From Lytechinus pictus (lineage: Eukaryota), in assembly GCF_037042905.1 (NCBI RefSeq), contig NC_087263.1, positions 12,030,001-12,094,000 on the forward strand: a DNA stretch of 64,000 nucleotides, in the 5' to 3' direction. Under the pieces are notes generated by a model that did not search any database, was not told the DNA's origin, and worked only from the letters and a program-made list of their open reading frames with translations. Shown piece by piece: positions 28,359-40,220 of this stretch (its first letter is position 1; every line of letters begins with the position of its first letter). A program made the translations under genes and the position numbers.

Positions 28359-28642
28359 GGGGTGTCGTGGTCTAGTGGTTAAGACTCTCGTCTCTCAATC
28401 AGAGGGTCGAGGGTTCCAATCCCAGCCATGGCGTGTTTTCCTCCAGCAGAAATTCACCCACATTGTGCTGCACTCAACCCAGGTGAGGTGAATGGGTACC
28501 CAGCGGGATTAATTCCTTTAATGCATTGAGCGCTGGAAGGCTGCTTGAGCTAAAGCTGGGGTAATGATAATAATAACAATGCGCCTCGGAATAGTTTATT
28601 TGTAAATAGATGGCGCAATATATATGCCTATCGTTATTATTA
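28359..28642 (+). mobile_element. tRNA-derived SINE (same family)
   Basis: GTGGTCTAGTGGTTAAG...GGTTCCAATCCC, body, TTA tail. Confidence 0.82.
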
Positions 28643-29046
28643 CATGTACTATTGTTTGAAATCATGGTTTGTAAAGATTTCATCCTTGATTATGCCTGAA
28701 GCTCGTCAAAAGCTTTCAGTAAAGTGTGGGTAATATGGATTAGAATCATTTCATAATTCGAATATTACAAAAGTGTAGCAATCATTGAGTGTGTTATCAT
28801 GCAGCTGTTAAAATTTAAATTCTGCATTTTTTTCATCCGTTTGAATTTGAATTTGGCATCAAGCACCCCCTCTCAGCAATGTTTCTATTTTTATTATTCA
28901 AAATAACCCTTTAAGCACTATAGTTTTACAGATTTATAAATTGGATTGTAGAAAGCTACTGACTAAGATCATATCCTGAAATTTTCATTACATTCCATGC
29001 TTGAGAAATGGTTTTATATAAACAAGGCATAAATAGGCACATACAG

Positions 29047-29232
29047 TATTGATATTATTGTTATGGTTATTATTTATATTATTATTGATATCATCAGTAT
29101 TGTTGTTGTTGTTGTCATTATCATTATTATTATTGTTATTTTATTATTATTATTATTATTATTGTTATTATCATTATTGTTATTTTTATTGTTAGTAGTA
29201 GTAGTAGTATATTACTAGTAGTAGTAGTATTG
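29047..29232. repeat. (ATT/GTT/AGT)n low-complexity tract
   Basis: Direct reading. Confidence 0.85.
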
Positions 29233-29279
29233 ATATTTTTGTTATTTATTATCATTTTATTCCAAATAATTTGTCACAG

Positions 29280-29469
29280 TCCAGGAATTCCCCTATGGAT
29301 CCACCCGATCCCATCCGTATTATCACAAGCTCCGATCCAAACAACACAAGGGCGCCCTTCTTTCACCCCAATGGAGATCCCATCCCTCCTCTTGCAACAG
29401 TCGTCCTTGAAAGAATATCAGTTCGTAACCATAGCAACACAGAAACTGATGATACCACTGGTTCACAAG
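29280..29469 (+). CDS. SPON1: Spondin-1-like exon (end of Spondin_N)
   Basis: gtcacag acceptor, gttagt donor. SRNSPMDPPDPIRIITSSDPNNTRAPFFHPNGDPIPPLATVVLERI matches the C-terminal segment of the spondin domain. Phase 0 to 1. Confidence 0.92.
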
Positions 29470-30030
29470 GTTAGTTTACTTTATTGTCATGTAACCGACT
29501 AATGTGGTCACCCCTGAACTTGTTATAATGACAAATTAGCCATTTCTATTTAGAATTTACTATCAGCCAATCATATTGAAGGATTTCAGTAGCTTTTAAC
29601 TTTAATAAAACAAGTTTTATGAAATGAACCCCTGGAGCCTGTTTCATAAAGATTTTTCAATTATTGTATCTTAAAATCTTAAAATCATAATGGTAACAGT
29701 GACCGATAGCCTATCACAATCAAAGTTTCTTTCAAAAGTTAGAATAATGGCAAAGTTACAATAGTTGAAAGTCTTTATGAAACGGGCCCCAGAACGTGTT
29801 ATCCAATTTGACCCAACATACATATAGCAAGCCATTTTACCATTTATTCCTGTTTATTATGTTTATAATTCAATTCTTGATACAAAAGCAGCATTTTCAT
29901 GACACAAAATGAATTTGTGATATCAAGAACTATATCCTTTATCACAATAATGTTAAAATTCTTGATATATGAATGATATAGTTGATGAAAAAGTTAATTA
30001 TCCTGTTCGTGATTGCAATAACAAAAAATG

Positions 30031-30278
30031 TACTGCCGTCCACTGAAAAGAGAAAGCAACTCTGTGTAAGGAGTTTCTTGATAAATGAGGAAGATGTGTC
30101 ATTGTTAAATGTGAATATATATATATATATTACATGCTTTGAAACGTCTGTATTTCAGAATTTGGGGGTATGAGAATCAAACTCATTCGACATCTTGTAA
30201 AGCATACAGAAAATAGCTCAAATCAAAAAAGAAATGAATTTTACAAATCCGACTTCCTTTTGATAGTGGACGGCAGTG
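30031..30278. mobile_element. MITE with ACTGCCGTCCACT / AGTGGACGGCAGT ends
   Basis: 13-bp terminal inverted match. Confidence 0.6.
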
Positions 30279-30310
30279 TAATGAACAAATCTGACTTTAA
30301 ATTCCTTTAA

Positions 30311-30894
30311 AGGAGAATGAAACCCTTGAAACCAGCTGAATCCATATCAAAGAGAAAAATCAAAGAAACATATTGTTGAAAGTTTGAGGAAGATTGAATG
30401 AATAATAAGAAAGTTATGAGCATTTGAATATTGAGATCACTAATGCCATGTAGTTCCTCCCATTGGCAATGCGACCAAGATCTGTGATGTCACACACGTA
30501 CAACTACCTCATTACTTTAGTATTTATTTCACATATATTCTCACTTTTATAGAGTCGATCACAAGGTGAGGTGTTCTCTTTATGAGAGGACAAGTACAGA
30601 GGTTTCACAACATTATATCATTGATGAATCGTTTGTCATATGATTAGAATGAGCAAAAAGAGATGTTTTGGGGTATATTTTCAGTGTCCAAAAGGGGAGA
30701 GTTGTTCATCTGTGACATCAGAGATCTTGGTCGCATTGCCAATGGGAGGATCTCCATAGCATTAGTGATCTCGACATTCAAATGCTCATAACTCTTCTAT
30801 TGCTAGTCCTATTTTACTCAAACGTTTGTTGATCTTATTCTTTGATTTTTCTGCTTTCACAAAAGCTAACTTGCTCCAAGAGTTTCATTCTCCT
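30311..30894. mobile_element. TTAA-target MITE family D with long imperfect arms
   Basis: TTAA|AGGAGAATGAAAC...GTTTCATTCTCCT|TTAA; internal inverted segment CCCATTGGCAATGCGACCAAGATCT. Confidence 0.8.
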
Positions 30895-31048
30895 TTAAGT
30901 TTTCCTTTAACAATCAATTTGTGAATTCTCCCCAAAGATTTTCACCTTATTAATTTGGACAGGAGCCTACTGATCATAGAGATTAATTTAATAATATCAA
31001 TCTGCTATACTTTACAACTTTACAATTTTGTTTTACACTTTGTTTCAG

Positions 31049-31414
31049 GTGGTGCACATGGAGGCATGCCGCCCAAGAAGCCAATGATGGGTGGCAATCC
31101 CACAATGCCGCCTAAGGTCATGGGAGGTCATGACCCCACGATGCCACCAAAGGTCATGGGAGGTCATGACCCCACGATGCCTCCAAAGGTCATGGGACTG
31201 TCTGTTCCAACAATGCCTCCCAAGGTCATGGGAAGTCATGACCCAACAATGCCTCCAAAGGTCATGGGAGGTCATGACCCAACAATGCCTCCAAAGGTCA
31301 TGGGAGGTCATGAACCCACAATGCCATCAAAGGTCATGGTTCAAGAACCTACAATGCCTCCAAAGCACATTGGAGTCACCATGCCACCGAAGACCATTGA
31401 GATTATCCCTGAAG
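31049..31414 (+). CDS. SPON1: Spondin-1-like exon encoding a Met/Pro-rich 12-aa tandem repeat (GGHDPTMPPKVM)
   Basis: tttcag acceptor, gtgagt donor, phase 1 to 1, open throughout. 36-bp units include synonymous codon differences. Confidence 0.85.
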
Positions 31415-31844
31415 GTGAGTTTACAATCAGGCACATTCAGACTTGACCTGACAAAACACAATTACTAAGTTCAGTAACAGTTTATTATCCTTCGTAGGCG
31501 GTATTTTTAGCATAATTGGCTTGAACCTTGCCGACAAAGCGCAATTAAGCGCCTGTCCAGCATCCCATTATTTATTCTTACATGTACAGTAACTAATGGA
31601 TCACTATGAAACTTAGTCCAGGTATACCTACAGTATAGCAGTGCTCTGTTTGTGGGGGGGTCATGAGGTCAAAGGTGAAAATTTACAGTTCTTGATATAC
31701 TTGAATTTTGTTCTCACAGTAACAAATTTCCATTTCAAACTTGGCTGATGTATGTATGTTAGAGGGACAATGATCTGTCTGATTAGATTTGGGGGGGTCA
31801 TGAGTTCAAAGGTTAAAGGTCGTAGAGGTCTTGCATTAGGCCAG

Positions 31845-32090
31845 GGCCCCGTCTTACAAAGAGTTGCCATTGATCTGAACAACCACAACTATGGACGGCA
31901 AATGCAAATTTGTTCAAAATCCTTTTTAGATATATATATTCCTACATTCATCATTCTCTTGAAGATTCAATGTGATTCTCTTTGCACAAAGGAGATTGTG
32001 CAAATTTCCTGTAGAAAGAATTATGGTATGGATGGATTTCCATCTAGTCGAGATTGATTGGATCGATCGTAACTCTTTGTAAGACGGGGG
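31845..32090. mobile_element. GGGCCCCGTCTTACAAAGAG MITE family (Harbinger-like ends)
   Basis: TIR CCCGTCTTACAAAGAGTT / AACTCTTTGTAAGACGGG; further copies at ~33830, 34358-34627 and 37628-37877. Confidence 0.72.
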
Positions 32091-32103
32091 CGCAGGTATC
32101 TTG

Positions 32104-32242
32104 CAGGGGCCGCGGAAGCGGGGGGGCCTTTAGCCCCCACTTATTTCCAAAACCGTGTACAAAAACGTAAAAATGACCATATGATTGTGATTTTTTGCAT
32201 GGTCAGCCCCCCCCCCCTTTGGAAACCGTTCCGTGGCCCCTG
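32104..32242. mobile_element. Short CAGGGG MITE with 5-bp TSD (TCTTG)
   Basis: TCTTG|CAGGGGCC...GGCCCCTG|TCTTG. Confidence 0.75.
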
Positions 32243-32330
32243 TCTTGTTCTTAAGATAACCAAAGCACCATGGGGAGGGGTTAAAGATAGCTAACTAATG
32301 TTAATTCATCTATGTTTGTATTTCCTTTAG

Positions 32331-32366
32331 GTACTAATATAGAGGTTATGCCCCCTAACAGAAGAG
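32331..32366 (+). CDS. SPON1: Probable 36-nt micro-exon (G)TNIEVMPPNRR(G)
   Basis: Strong tttcctttag acceptor and AG|gtaagt donor, symmetric phase 1-1. Peptide echoes the MPP and IEII motifs of the preceding exon. Confidence 0.72.
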
Positions 32367-33982
32367 GTAAGTCAAGATTTATCGGCTTATTAATATAGTT
32401 GATATTTATTTTTGCGTTTATTTAGTTACTAAGAATATATTACATAAAAAAAATTCAAAGAAACCAAACAATATACATATAACACAAACAACAACTAATT
32501 AAGTTATGTTTACTTTAGATTAGCGTTGAACCATCAGAGATGATTAAGTAAAAATTACGGAGTCTCTTTTATACCTTGTTTGTAGCACTTGGTCTAAATG
32601 TCATTTTGTTTAATGACCAGGTGGTCATATTTCCACTTCATGTACTTATAATTATTTTACACTTTGTCAAATGAAAATTTGACTCATAAGCAGTTCATCT
32701 AGTCATGTGTACTGAGTGGTGTCAGAACAAGCGTGTGTTAGATGAAAATGGAATAGCCTAACTGGAAAAAGACACATTGGTTAATGGGATTGGTTGGTTG
32801 GTTGATTGATTGATTGATTGATGGAAGAGTGGATGGAAAATTGGAAGGAAGGAAGGAAATAAAGTTCAATTTCAATTTTTCAATTTTCAATTTTATTTAA
32901 CTTCAAGTTCAACAGTAAAATTACAAAATAATGCAAAATTATTAAATAACAGAATGAAATGAAATGGGAACCTTCTTAAAAGCAAAATGGCAATTAGACC
33001 AGCGTCCGGTCTGACAAAGAGTTGCAAATGGATTTTCGTATTGTTGAGGTTGATTGGATCAATCGCAACTTTTTGTGAGACACAGCCCAGATGGTTAAGT
33101 AGACTAACTAATAGTAGATGGAGTATGAGACCACATGGAAAGTAGACAAAGTGGGTGTGGACCAAGTGGTGGTTAATTCAGTTGAATTTACCAAATGGCT
33201 AGTAGACAAACTAAGATGAGACCAAATGGAAAGTAGACCAAGTGGGTGTAGCCCAAGTGGCAATTAATTCAATTGAATTTACCAAATGACTAGTAGACAA
33301 ACTAGGATTAGACCATGTGAGATGAGACCAAATGGAAAGTGCAAAAAGTGGGTGTAGTTGCAAATTATCATTTCAATTTGGATTAGATTCCCCTTTAACT
33401 TTCTAGAGTGGCTTCAAAATGCAAATTGTTTCAATCAGGATGTAATTATCACGCCAAGCAGGGGGCTCAATCAGATTCTTGGTTACCACGCTGAAAATGG
33501 CTGGTTACCATGGCGACGAATGGAGGCCGATAAATCCATACTGTATTAATAAGATTTAAGATGAAATTTCAATTTGTAATCATAGAAGCCCGTGTGGATG
33601 AGTGAAGAAGGATTTGGGATTTTGATGGAAAGCATATTTTCCACAGCAGATATTAATTTTCATCGCAGGGCACAATGCCTCAAGGAATTATATGCATACA
33701 GTGTATAATGGTGTATTCTTTCAAGTATTTTCAATTCATGGTCGTCAATCAAGCACGAAAGGAGCATTCATTTCGGGGCTCCAGAGACCTTATTTTCACA
33801 AGATTTGCAAAACAAGTCACAACCATTCTGGGCCCCGTCTTACAAAGAGTTACGATTGATCCAATCGATGGTAAATCTGTGGAAATCCATCAGTGTCATA
33901 ATTTTTTGTACAGGAAATCTGCACAATGTCCTTTGTGAACAATGGCGAACAGACCAAATTGTCAAGAAAACAATGAATTCAT

Positions 33983-34131
33983 CAGGGGTGTGAGAGTTCA
34001 GATTTTTATCTGATTTCAGATTTTTTTGTTTTGATTTTCAGCTTAATTTCAGCTTATTTTTGGCCTTCCTCTGTACAAAAAGTATGGCAGCTCTTTCTAT
34101 TTCTATTTGTGACCATGCACTCACACCCCTG
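33983..34131. mobile_element. Short CAGGGG MITE with 6-bp TSD (ATTCAT), nested in another MITE
   Basis: ATTCAT|CAGGGGTGTGAG...CTCACACCCCTG|ATTCAT; interrupts the GGGCCCCGTCTTACAAAG element that starts ~33830. Confidence 0.75.
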
Positions 34132-34357
34132 ATTCATTATCTTATCTAGAAAAGATTTTGAATGTTCAAGATATAAAAATGAGGAGAATCATGAGTGGTT
34201 ATTGCCAATCCAAGGAACAAAAGCAGATTAGTCATTTCTTCACATGCTACTACCATTTTTTTTTTCAAGGTATGAAAATGAATAGAATTATTAGTGATCA
34301 TTGCCAATTTGAAGAACAAAAACAGATTATTTATTATTATTACTCCTTATTACTCCT

Positions 34358-34627
34358 GGGCCCCGTCTTACAAAGAGTAACGATTGATTCAATAAATCAA
34401 AACTGTATGGAAATCCATCAATGTCATAATTTTTTCTTTCGGAAATTTGCTCAATGTCCTTTGAAAACAAATAGAAGCATACTGAATTGTCAAGAAAACA
34501 GTGAACATATGAATATATGTCATTTCTAGAAAATATTTTGAACAAACATGCATTATAGATGTTGACATTGCTGGCTTTCCATAGTTGCGATTGATTGGAT
34601 TAATCACAACTCTTTATAAGATGGGCC
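34358..34627. mobile_element. GGGCCCCGTCTTACAAAGAG MITE family copy
   Basis: Same TIR and internal sequence as 31845 and 37628. Confidence 0.7.
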
Positions 34628-34880
34628 ACTGCTATATCCATATTCAGTTTTGTTAAGAACTTAAGGTATAAGAATGAATATATGATTATATAGTTCCCAA
34701 TTAAAGGATCTAAAGCATAGTATATATAATGACTTGGGCAATATCCATATTCACCTAATATGTGTAGATCTTTAATTTTTTGTTGTTTTTGCTGTGTCCT
34801 AAGCGCCATGAGCATTTAATCAAAATAGAAAAGACACTATGTATAAATCCTATGTATATTTATATTATTGTGTCTTGTAG

Positions 34881-35051
34881 GTAAGGTGGTAGACTGTATG
34901 ATGTCAGCGTGGGGCGAGTGGTCCGAGTGTTCCAAGAGTTGTGGGAAGGGCAAGATGCTACGTCAGAGGATGATCAAACAAAGACCTCGCAATGGCGGAC
35001 AGGAATGCGGACCAACGAGGGAGAGGCAGTCCTGCAACGTTGCAAGATGCG
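34881..35051 (+). CDS. SPON1: Spondin-1-like exon, TSP1 repeat 1
   Basis: cttgtag acceptor, gtaagg donor. VDCMMSAWGEWSECSKSCGKGKMLRQRMI...CGPTRERQSCNVARC is a spondin-type TSR. Phase 1-1. Confidence 0.95.
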
Positions 35052-35603
35052 GTAAGGATTCAAGTCAGAGGCCCTTACTCTCCACTCAGGATTAATTTTG
35101 ATTTATTTATTCATATTCCACAAATCAAAAAATATATTTCATGATTAATTATTTCAACTGGACAAAAAAATACATCATCTACATGAAATATGCGAATTTC
35201 TATGCATCGCAATAAAAGTGGAGGGGTACGTGTTTTGAAAAGTAAAGCTTCTAAGGTGTAGACCCCCCCCCCCCTCCCTCGTCATTTCTGTAACTAGAAA
35301 CATTTTCTTCACTACTATGGGAAAAGAACTCTGTGAACATTATAATTGTTTTTTTTTTTGCATCCCATATCTGTAGCATACAATGTAGCATTGGTCCATA
35401 GCTAAAGATTAGGCTCCATAATACAGTAGAGAAGAAACAGGAATCCCTGTAGTATAGCTACAACTAATTTTGCTAATTTCTCAGCAATTACACAATTTCT
35501 TCCGTAATCCCTTTGCACAGGTTGTTTTATTCATACATACATAAATCACTTCAAAATCATGAGTACAACTGGATTCTATCTTTAACCATTCTTTTCTTTG
35601 CAG

Positions 35604-35779
35604 TTTCAAAATCACGCGACTGCCGTATGAGCGAGTGGGGGCCGTGGTCCGAATGTTCGGTTTCCTGCGGGATGGGCGTCGAGTTTCGCATGAGAGATGT
35701 CGTGAGGAGAGCGAGGGGTGATGGCGCCCCCTGTGACCCGCTCAAGGAGATGCGTGCCTGCTCGGCTCTTCCCTGCTGA
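35604..35779 (+). CDS. SPON1: Spondin-1-like terminal coding exon, TSP1 repeat 2, ending in TGA
   Basis: ctttgcag acceptor. DCRMSEWGPWSECSVSCGMGVEFRMRDVVRRARGDGAPCDPLKEMRACSALPC*. Confidence 0.95.
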
Positions 35780-37627
35780 TGCCTTCTACCAGTATTTTTT
35801 TATAATCAGAGACTTTTTCACACAAAACATATTTAAACAGTAAATAATAACCTTTCTTTTCTGTAGCACCATTGTATGGAGTTGCATACAGAGTAAAAAT
35901 ATTTTTAAAATTACAGTGAGAATTCGCTCTGAATTACTTGTAAATCTGACGGCAATGTATGATACTTTACATTTAAAATACATTACATTTGTAATTCATC
36001 TTGTAGCAGGGCAATTATGGGATATTGTTTGCAAGGGGGCCGTTTTTCCTGCTTATGATCTTATGGAATTTTCTGCTTTCTTGTAAATCGTTTTATTACC
36101 AAGGTTGATTTCAGTTAAAATCTTCAAGCCTACTTTTTTTCATCCTGTTCATCAAGTTCTTTAATCCAGTATGAAAAACAGATTGAATTGAGTGTGACTA
36201 ACTTTTGTTCTGATTGCTAAAATGTGTCTACTTGTAGCAGAAAAACAACACAATAGTTTTTTGTACACTTGTGGTTTTAAAACTTGTGAGGGAGCACAAA
36301 ACTTCACTGCATGGTTTAAGACATTGAGTTTTGTTGAATTTCTTGCCGTTAAGTTTAATATTGTGTATTTACTATTAAATTTTGGCAATATTAATAATCA
36401 GATATTGAATTAAAAATCCCCATAGCCTTAGGACCAGGACCACCTGGTTCCGAAAAGAAATGTTTTAACCACTTGTTTGAGATTTTTTTTTCTTTTTTTG
36501 AGAATTCAACTCCACCATACCCAACAGACCAAGTGTGTATTGTAAAAAATGTATTATACAATTTTTGATCAACTCGGTCTTTGTACAATGTATCTATGTT
36601 TATAAACTCTATTTTTAAATCACGTTTTATGCACTTCTATACTCTGTACATTGTAGTTGATGAAATGTAAATCTCTCTTTTTATGAAATCACATGTGATT
36701 ATTTTAACATTGATTGCCATATCCCTTCTGAAGAAACAGAAAAGTGTTCTGGAATTGACTGAACAGGTCTGTGTATTAAACTGTTTATATTATAAGAGTG
36801 TGATCTTATTATAGTTCAAAATATTTTTAATTCGCCTTTCAAGGACAGTGTCCATATACTGGGGGTATTAAAATAAGCAAACCAATTTTCCTATTCTTTT
36901 ATGAAAAATAACTAAAAGAAGTAATGATAAAACTTGTATCACTTAATAATTTTTGCATAAGAACTTCAGAGCTGAATCGAAATTCAGATCATAATAACCA
37001 AGGATAATAACCCAGTTGAGGTCTCCTGACAATCAAAATATTGACTTTGGGTCAGAAGGTCTGAGGTTCTAATCCCACTATGTTATTTATGTGTATATTA
37101 TTTGGTAAGACATATATGTACATTTGCCACTCTCCACCCAAATGCGACATGTACTGGTAGGAAGAAAAGCCTTGTATTATGTAAGTTTTGTGAAGGGTAG
37201 GCAAGTTTAGCTGGTGAGCGTTTCTTAAAAGTAAAAGAAAATATTTTTGCGTGCTATTTTTTGCGGGGGTTATTTATTCACTTTGAAATTCCAACCAATT
37301 GAAGAAAAAAAATTAAATCATGTTATTTCATACAAACACTTAAGAGAGGCTTATATATAACTTTTGAAATGTGAAGTTTTGTTGCCCTATTAGTATAGGG
37401 CATCTTCCCTACTATTTAATCTTGTCTCCATTATGGGACAAGTGGGGGAAAATGTAGGGCAAACACACCAGGTCCGCGTAACACAAAGATTAGTGTTTGA
37501 TCCCTAATATGAAAGAACAATTCTGATTGGTTCCTAGTCAGTCTACTAAGCAAACTGCATGCACTGATGATCTTAATTGGTCATTTCATTTAGCGATTAA
37601 TAGCTAACCTTTGTGTTACGGAGCCCA

Positions 37628-37877
37628 GGGGCCCGTCTTACAAAGAACAAATCGTAACTCTATGGAAATCCATCAGTGTCATAATTTTTTCTACTGTATT
37701 TGCAAAATGTCCCTTGTAAACAAAGGAGATCATACCAAATTGTCAAGAAATCAATAAATTGATGGATATACATTCATATCTAGGTTTTTTTTGTAACATG
37801 CATTTTATATGTTGACTTTGCTGGCTTTCCATAGTTGCGATTGATCCGATCGATCGCAACTCTTTGTAAGACGGGCA
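37628..37877. mobile_element. GGGCCCGTCTTACAAAG MITE family copy
   Basis: TIR pair present; body matches 34358-34627. Confidence 0.7.
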
Positions 37878-38696
37878 CCAGATGTTTGCTTTCATTGTAA
37901 GTATGATTATAATTGTATGTTTGAATTGGGATATCATATGTCATCATTTTTGCCATGTACAAATAAATGTAAATGTACTTTCTTGCATTCTTAAACCTGC
38001 TGTGAATGTGGTATCACTTTCTCCTTTTCCTCTCAATAATAGATATTTTAAACCAGTCGTCCATAGCATACAGTCCTCCTTTGTAGATAATATTTTTATA
38101 TTCCCCATCCAATGATAACTACCATGGCAACAGTGTCCTATTGCAGAGACATGAGAGTGATGTTTAAAGAGCGTGGGGTGCTGGTTTGTTTTACAAAAAA
38201 GGTTGTTGTTTTTAAGTCGATCTTCACTGAAACTCCCTAGTGTATGTGATTTTTATTTTAAAATATAAATAGATAAATAATAAAAAAAGGTTTTTAATTC
38301 CTGATGATGGTGGTTCCAAACAAATTTGACAAGCGATAAAAGAAGGGATGTTTTTTCTCCAAAGTAAGGGTGATTTTGGTTTTTAAAAAGTAGTCAAGCC
38401 AAAAGAATATGAAAAAAAATAAAAAGGTTTTTAGTTCCAGATGAATGTGATTTTTATCAAAGCAAATTTGACAAGCAAAAAACAAGGTGATTTCATTTAA
38501 AAAAAAGGCAAGTAAAAAAGAAAAAAGGCTTTCACTCCCAAATGAAGTTGATTTTGATTAAATCAAATTTGACAAGCAAAAGAGGGGGGTCGCTCAACAA
38601 AAGGTGATTTTGATCAAATCTCTTACATTATATATCAGGCCTGTTATATATCATACCAATCTAATTTCCAGGAGGTGCTGCACTACTTTAGAAAAA

Positions 38697-39239
38697 AGGT
38701 CAAGTCCAATCCAGAAAAAGTTGATTTGAATAAAAAGAAAAAAGAAAAAAAGCATAACACTGAAAAGTTCATCAAAATCGGATGTAAAATAAGAAAGTTA
38801 TGACAATTTTAAGTTTCTCTTACTTTTCACGAAAGAGTCGTGCACAACTCAGTGATATGCAAATGAGAGAGTTGATGATGTCCCTCATCCACTATTTATT
38901 TTGTTTTTTATTGTTTGAATTATATAATATTTCAATTTTTACAGATTTGACAATGTGGACCCTCTTGTGTGATCCACACTTTTTGAGGGAGGAATAAAAC
39001 TTTGTTTCACATGACAATGAGGAGATTCAATGTAATGAAGTACAAAAGAAATAGTGAGTGGATGATGTCATTAGTCTACTCACCGGTATGTGAATATAAC
39101 TATTTCTTGAAATTAAGCATAACTTTAATGTCACAACTTTCTTATTGTACATCCAATTTTTATGAAATTTTCAGTGCCATGCTTGTTTGATTTTTCTCTT
39201 TTTAATCAAACTAAATTTTTGTTGGGGTGGACTTGTCCT
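38697..39239. mobile_element. MITE family A copy
   Basis: AGGTCAAGTCC...GGGGTGGACTTGTCCT|TTAA. Confidence 0.78.
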
Positions 39240-39605
39240 TTAATAATGGATAGCAAAGTTGTCATAACAGTAACCCTAACCCAATGAAATTAGGCCCTGG
39301 TCAACTTTGTCTGTTACTCTTTAAAACTATGATGTTACACAGTAAAATATGTTGTTTAATTATATGACCTTACAGTAGTTATTTAACATTTTGATCAGCC
39401 ATGCTTAATTAATTGAAAATTAAGTATTAAAAATTAAACCTTTTATTTCAATTAAACTCTTGTTTACACTGTTTAAATAACTACCATAAGGTTCATTTAG
39501 TAAACAGCATTTATAAAATTTGAAACGGCAATTTCTCGGTGTAAAAAAATAAGAATGACATGTAGTTGATTTTGTCGAAAATACAGAAAAAAATCAGACC
39601 TGCAA

Positions 39606-40046
39606 TGGTGATAACGATGATGGTGATATGATGACGACGATTATGATGATGGTGGTGATGGTGGTGGTGGTGATGATGGTGTTAAAGGTTATAATGATAT
39701 TGATTATGATGATGATGATGGTTACGATGATGGTGATGTTAGTGATGATGAGGAGGAGGATGATGGTGCTGTTCATGATGATGATTATGTAGATTATGGT
39801 GATGATGATGATGGAGGTGATGATGACAATGATGATGATTATGATGATGATGCCAACGATGACGATGATGATGATGGTGATAATGATTACGATGATGATG
39901 ATGGTGATAATGATTATGATGATGATGATGGTGGTGATTATGATGGTGTTGATGACAACGATGGTTATGGATGGTGTGATCATGACAATGGTGGCAATGA
40001 TCATGGTGATGATGATGGTGGTGGTGGTGATGATGATGGGAATGAT
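39606..40046. repeat. (GAT/GGT)n degenerate microsatellite
   Basis: Direct reading; source of spurious poly-His, poly-Met and poly-Ile ORFs. Confidence 0.92.
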
Positions 40047-40220
40047 CGTGGAGTGCCTCCCCCCCCCCTCCCACCGCTACAAAGTTTGAAACTGAGTTAT
40101 GACTGGATGATTAAAAATCATACTACATTAAATAAAACTCCACAGGAGCTGCTGCTCTTAATATTATTTATACCTCGACACAAGAGGGCGCTATTAACAT
40201 GTCATCAAAGTCCTATCCAC

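Noticed and set aside
31090..31400. 36-bp periodic repeats resembling a CRISPR array
   Set aside because: Contiguous tandem units with no unique spacers, inside a spliced coding exon of a eukaryotic gene, and no cas genes.
39594..40089. His-rich, Met-rich and Ile-rich ORFs
   Set aside because: All are translations of a (GAT)n microsatellite, with no splice context or domain.
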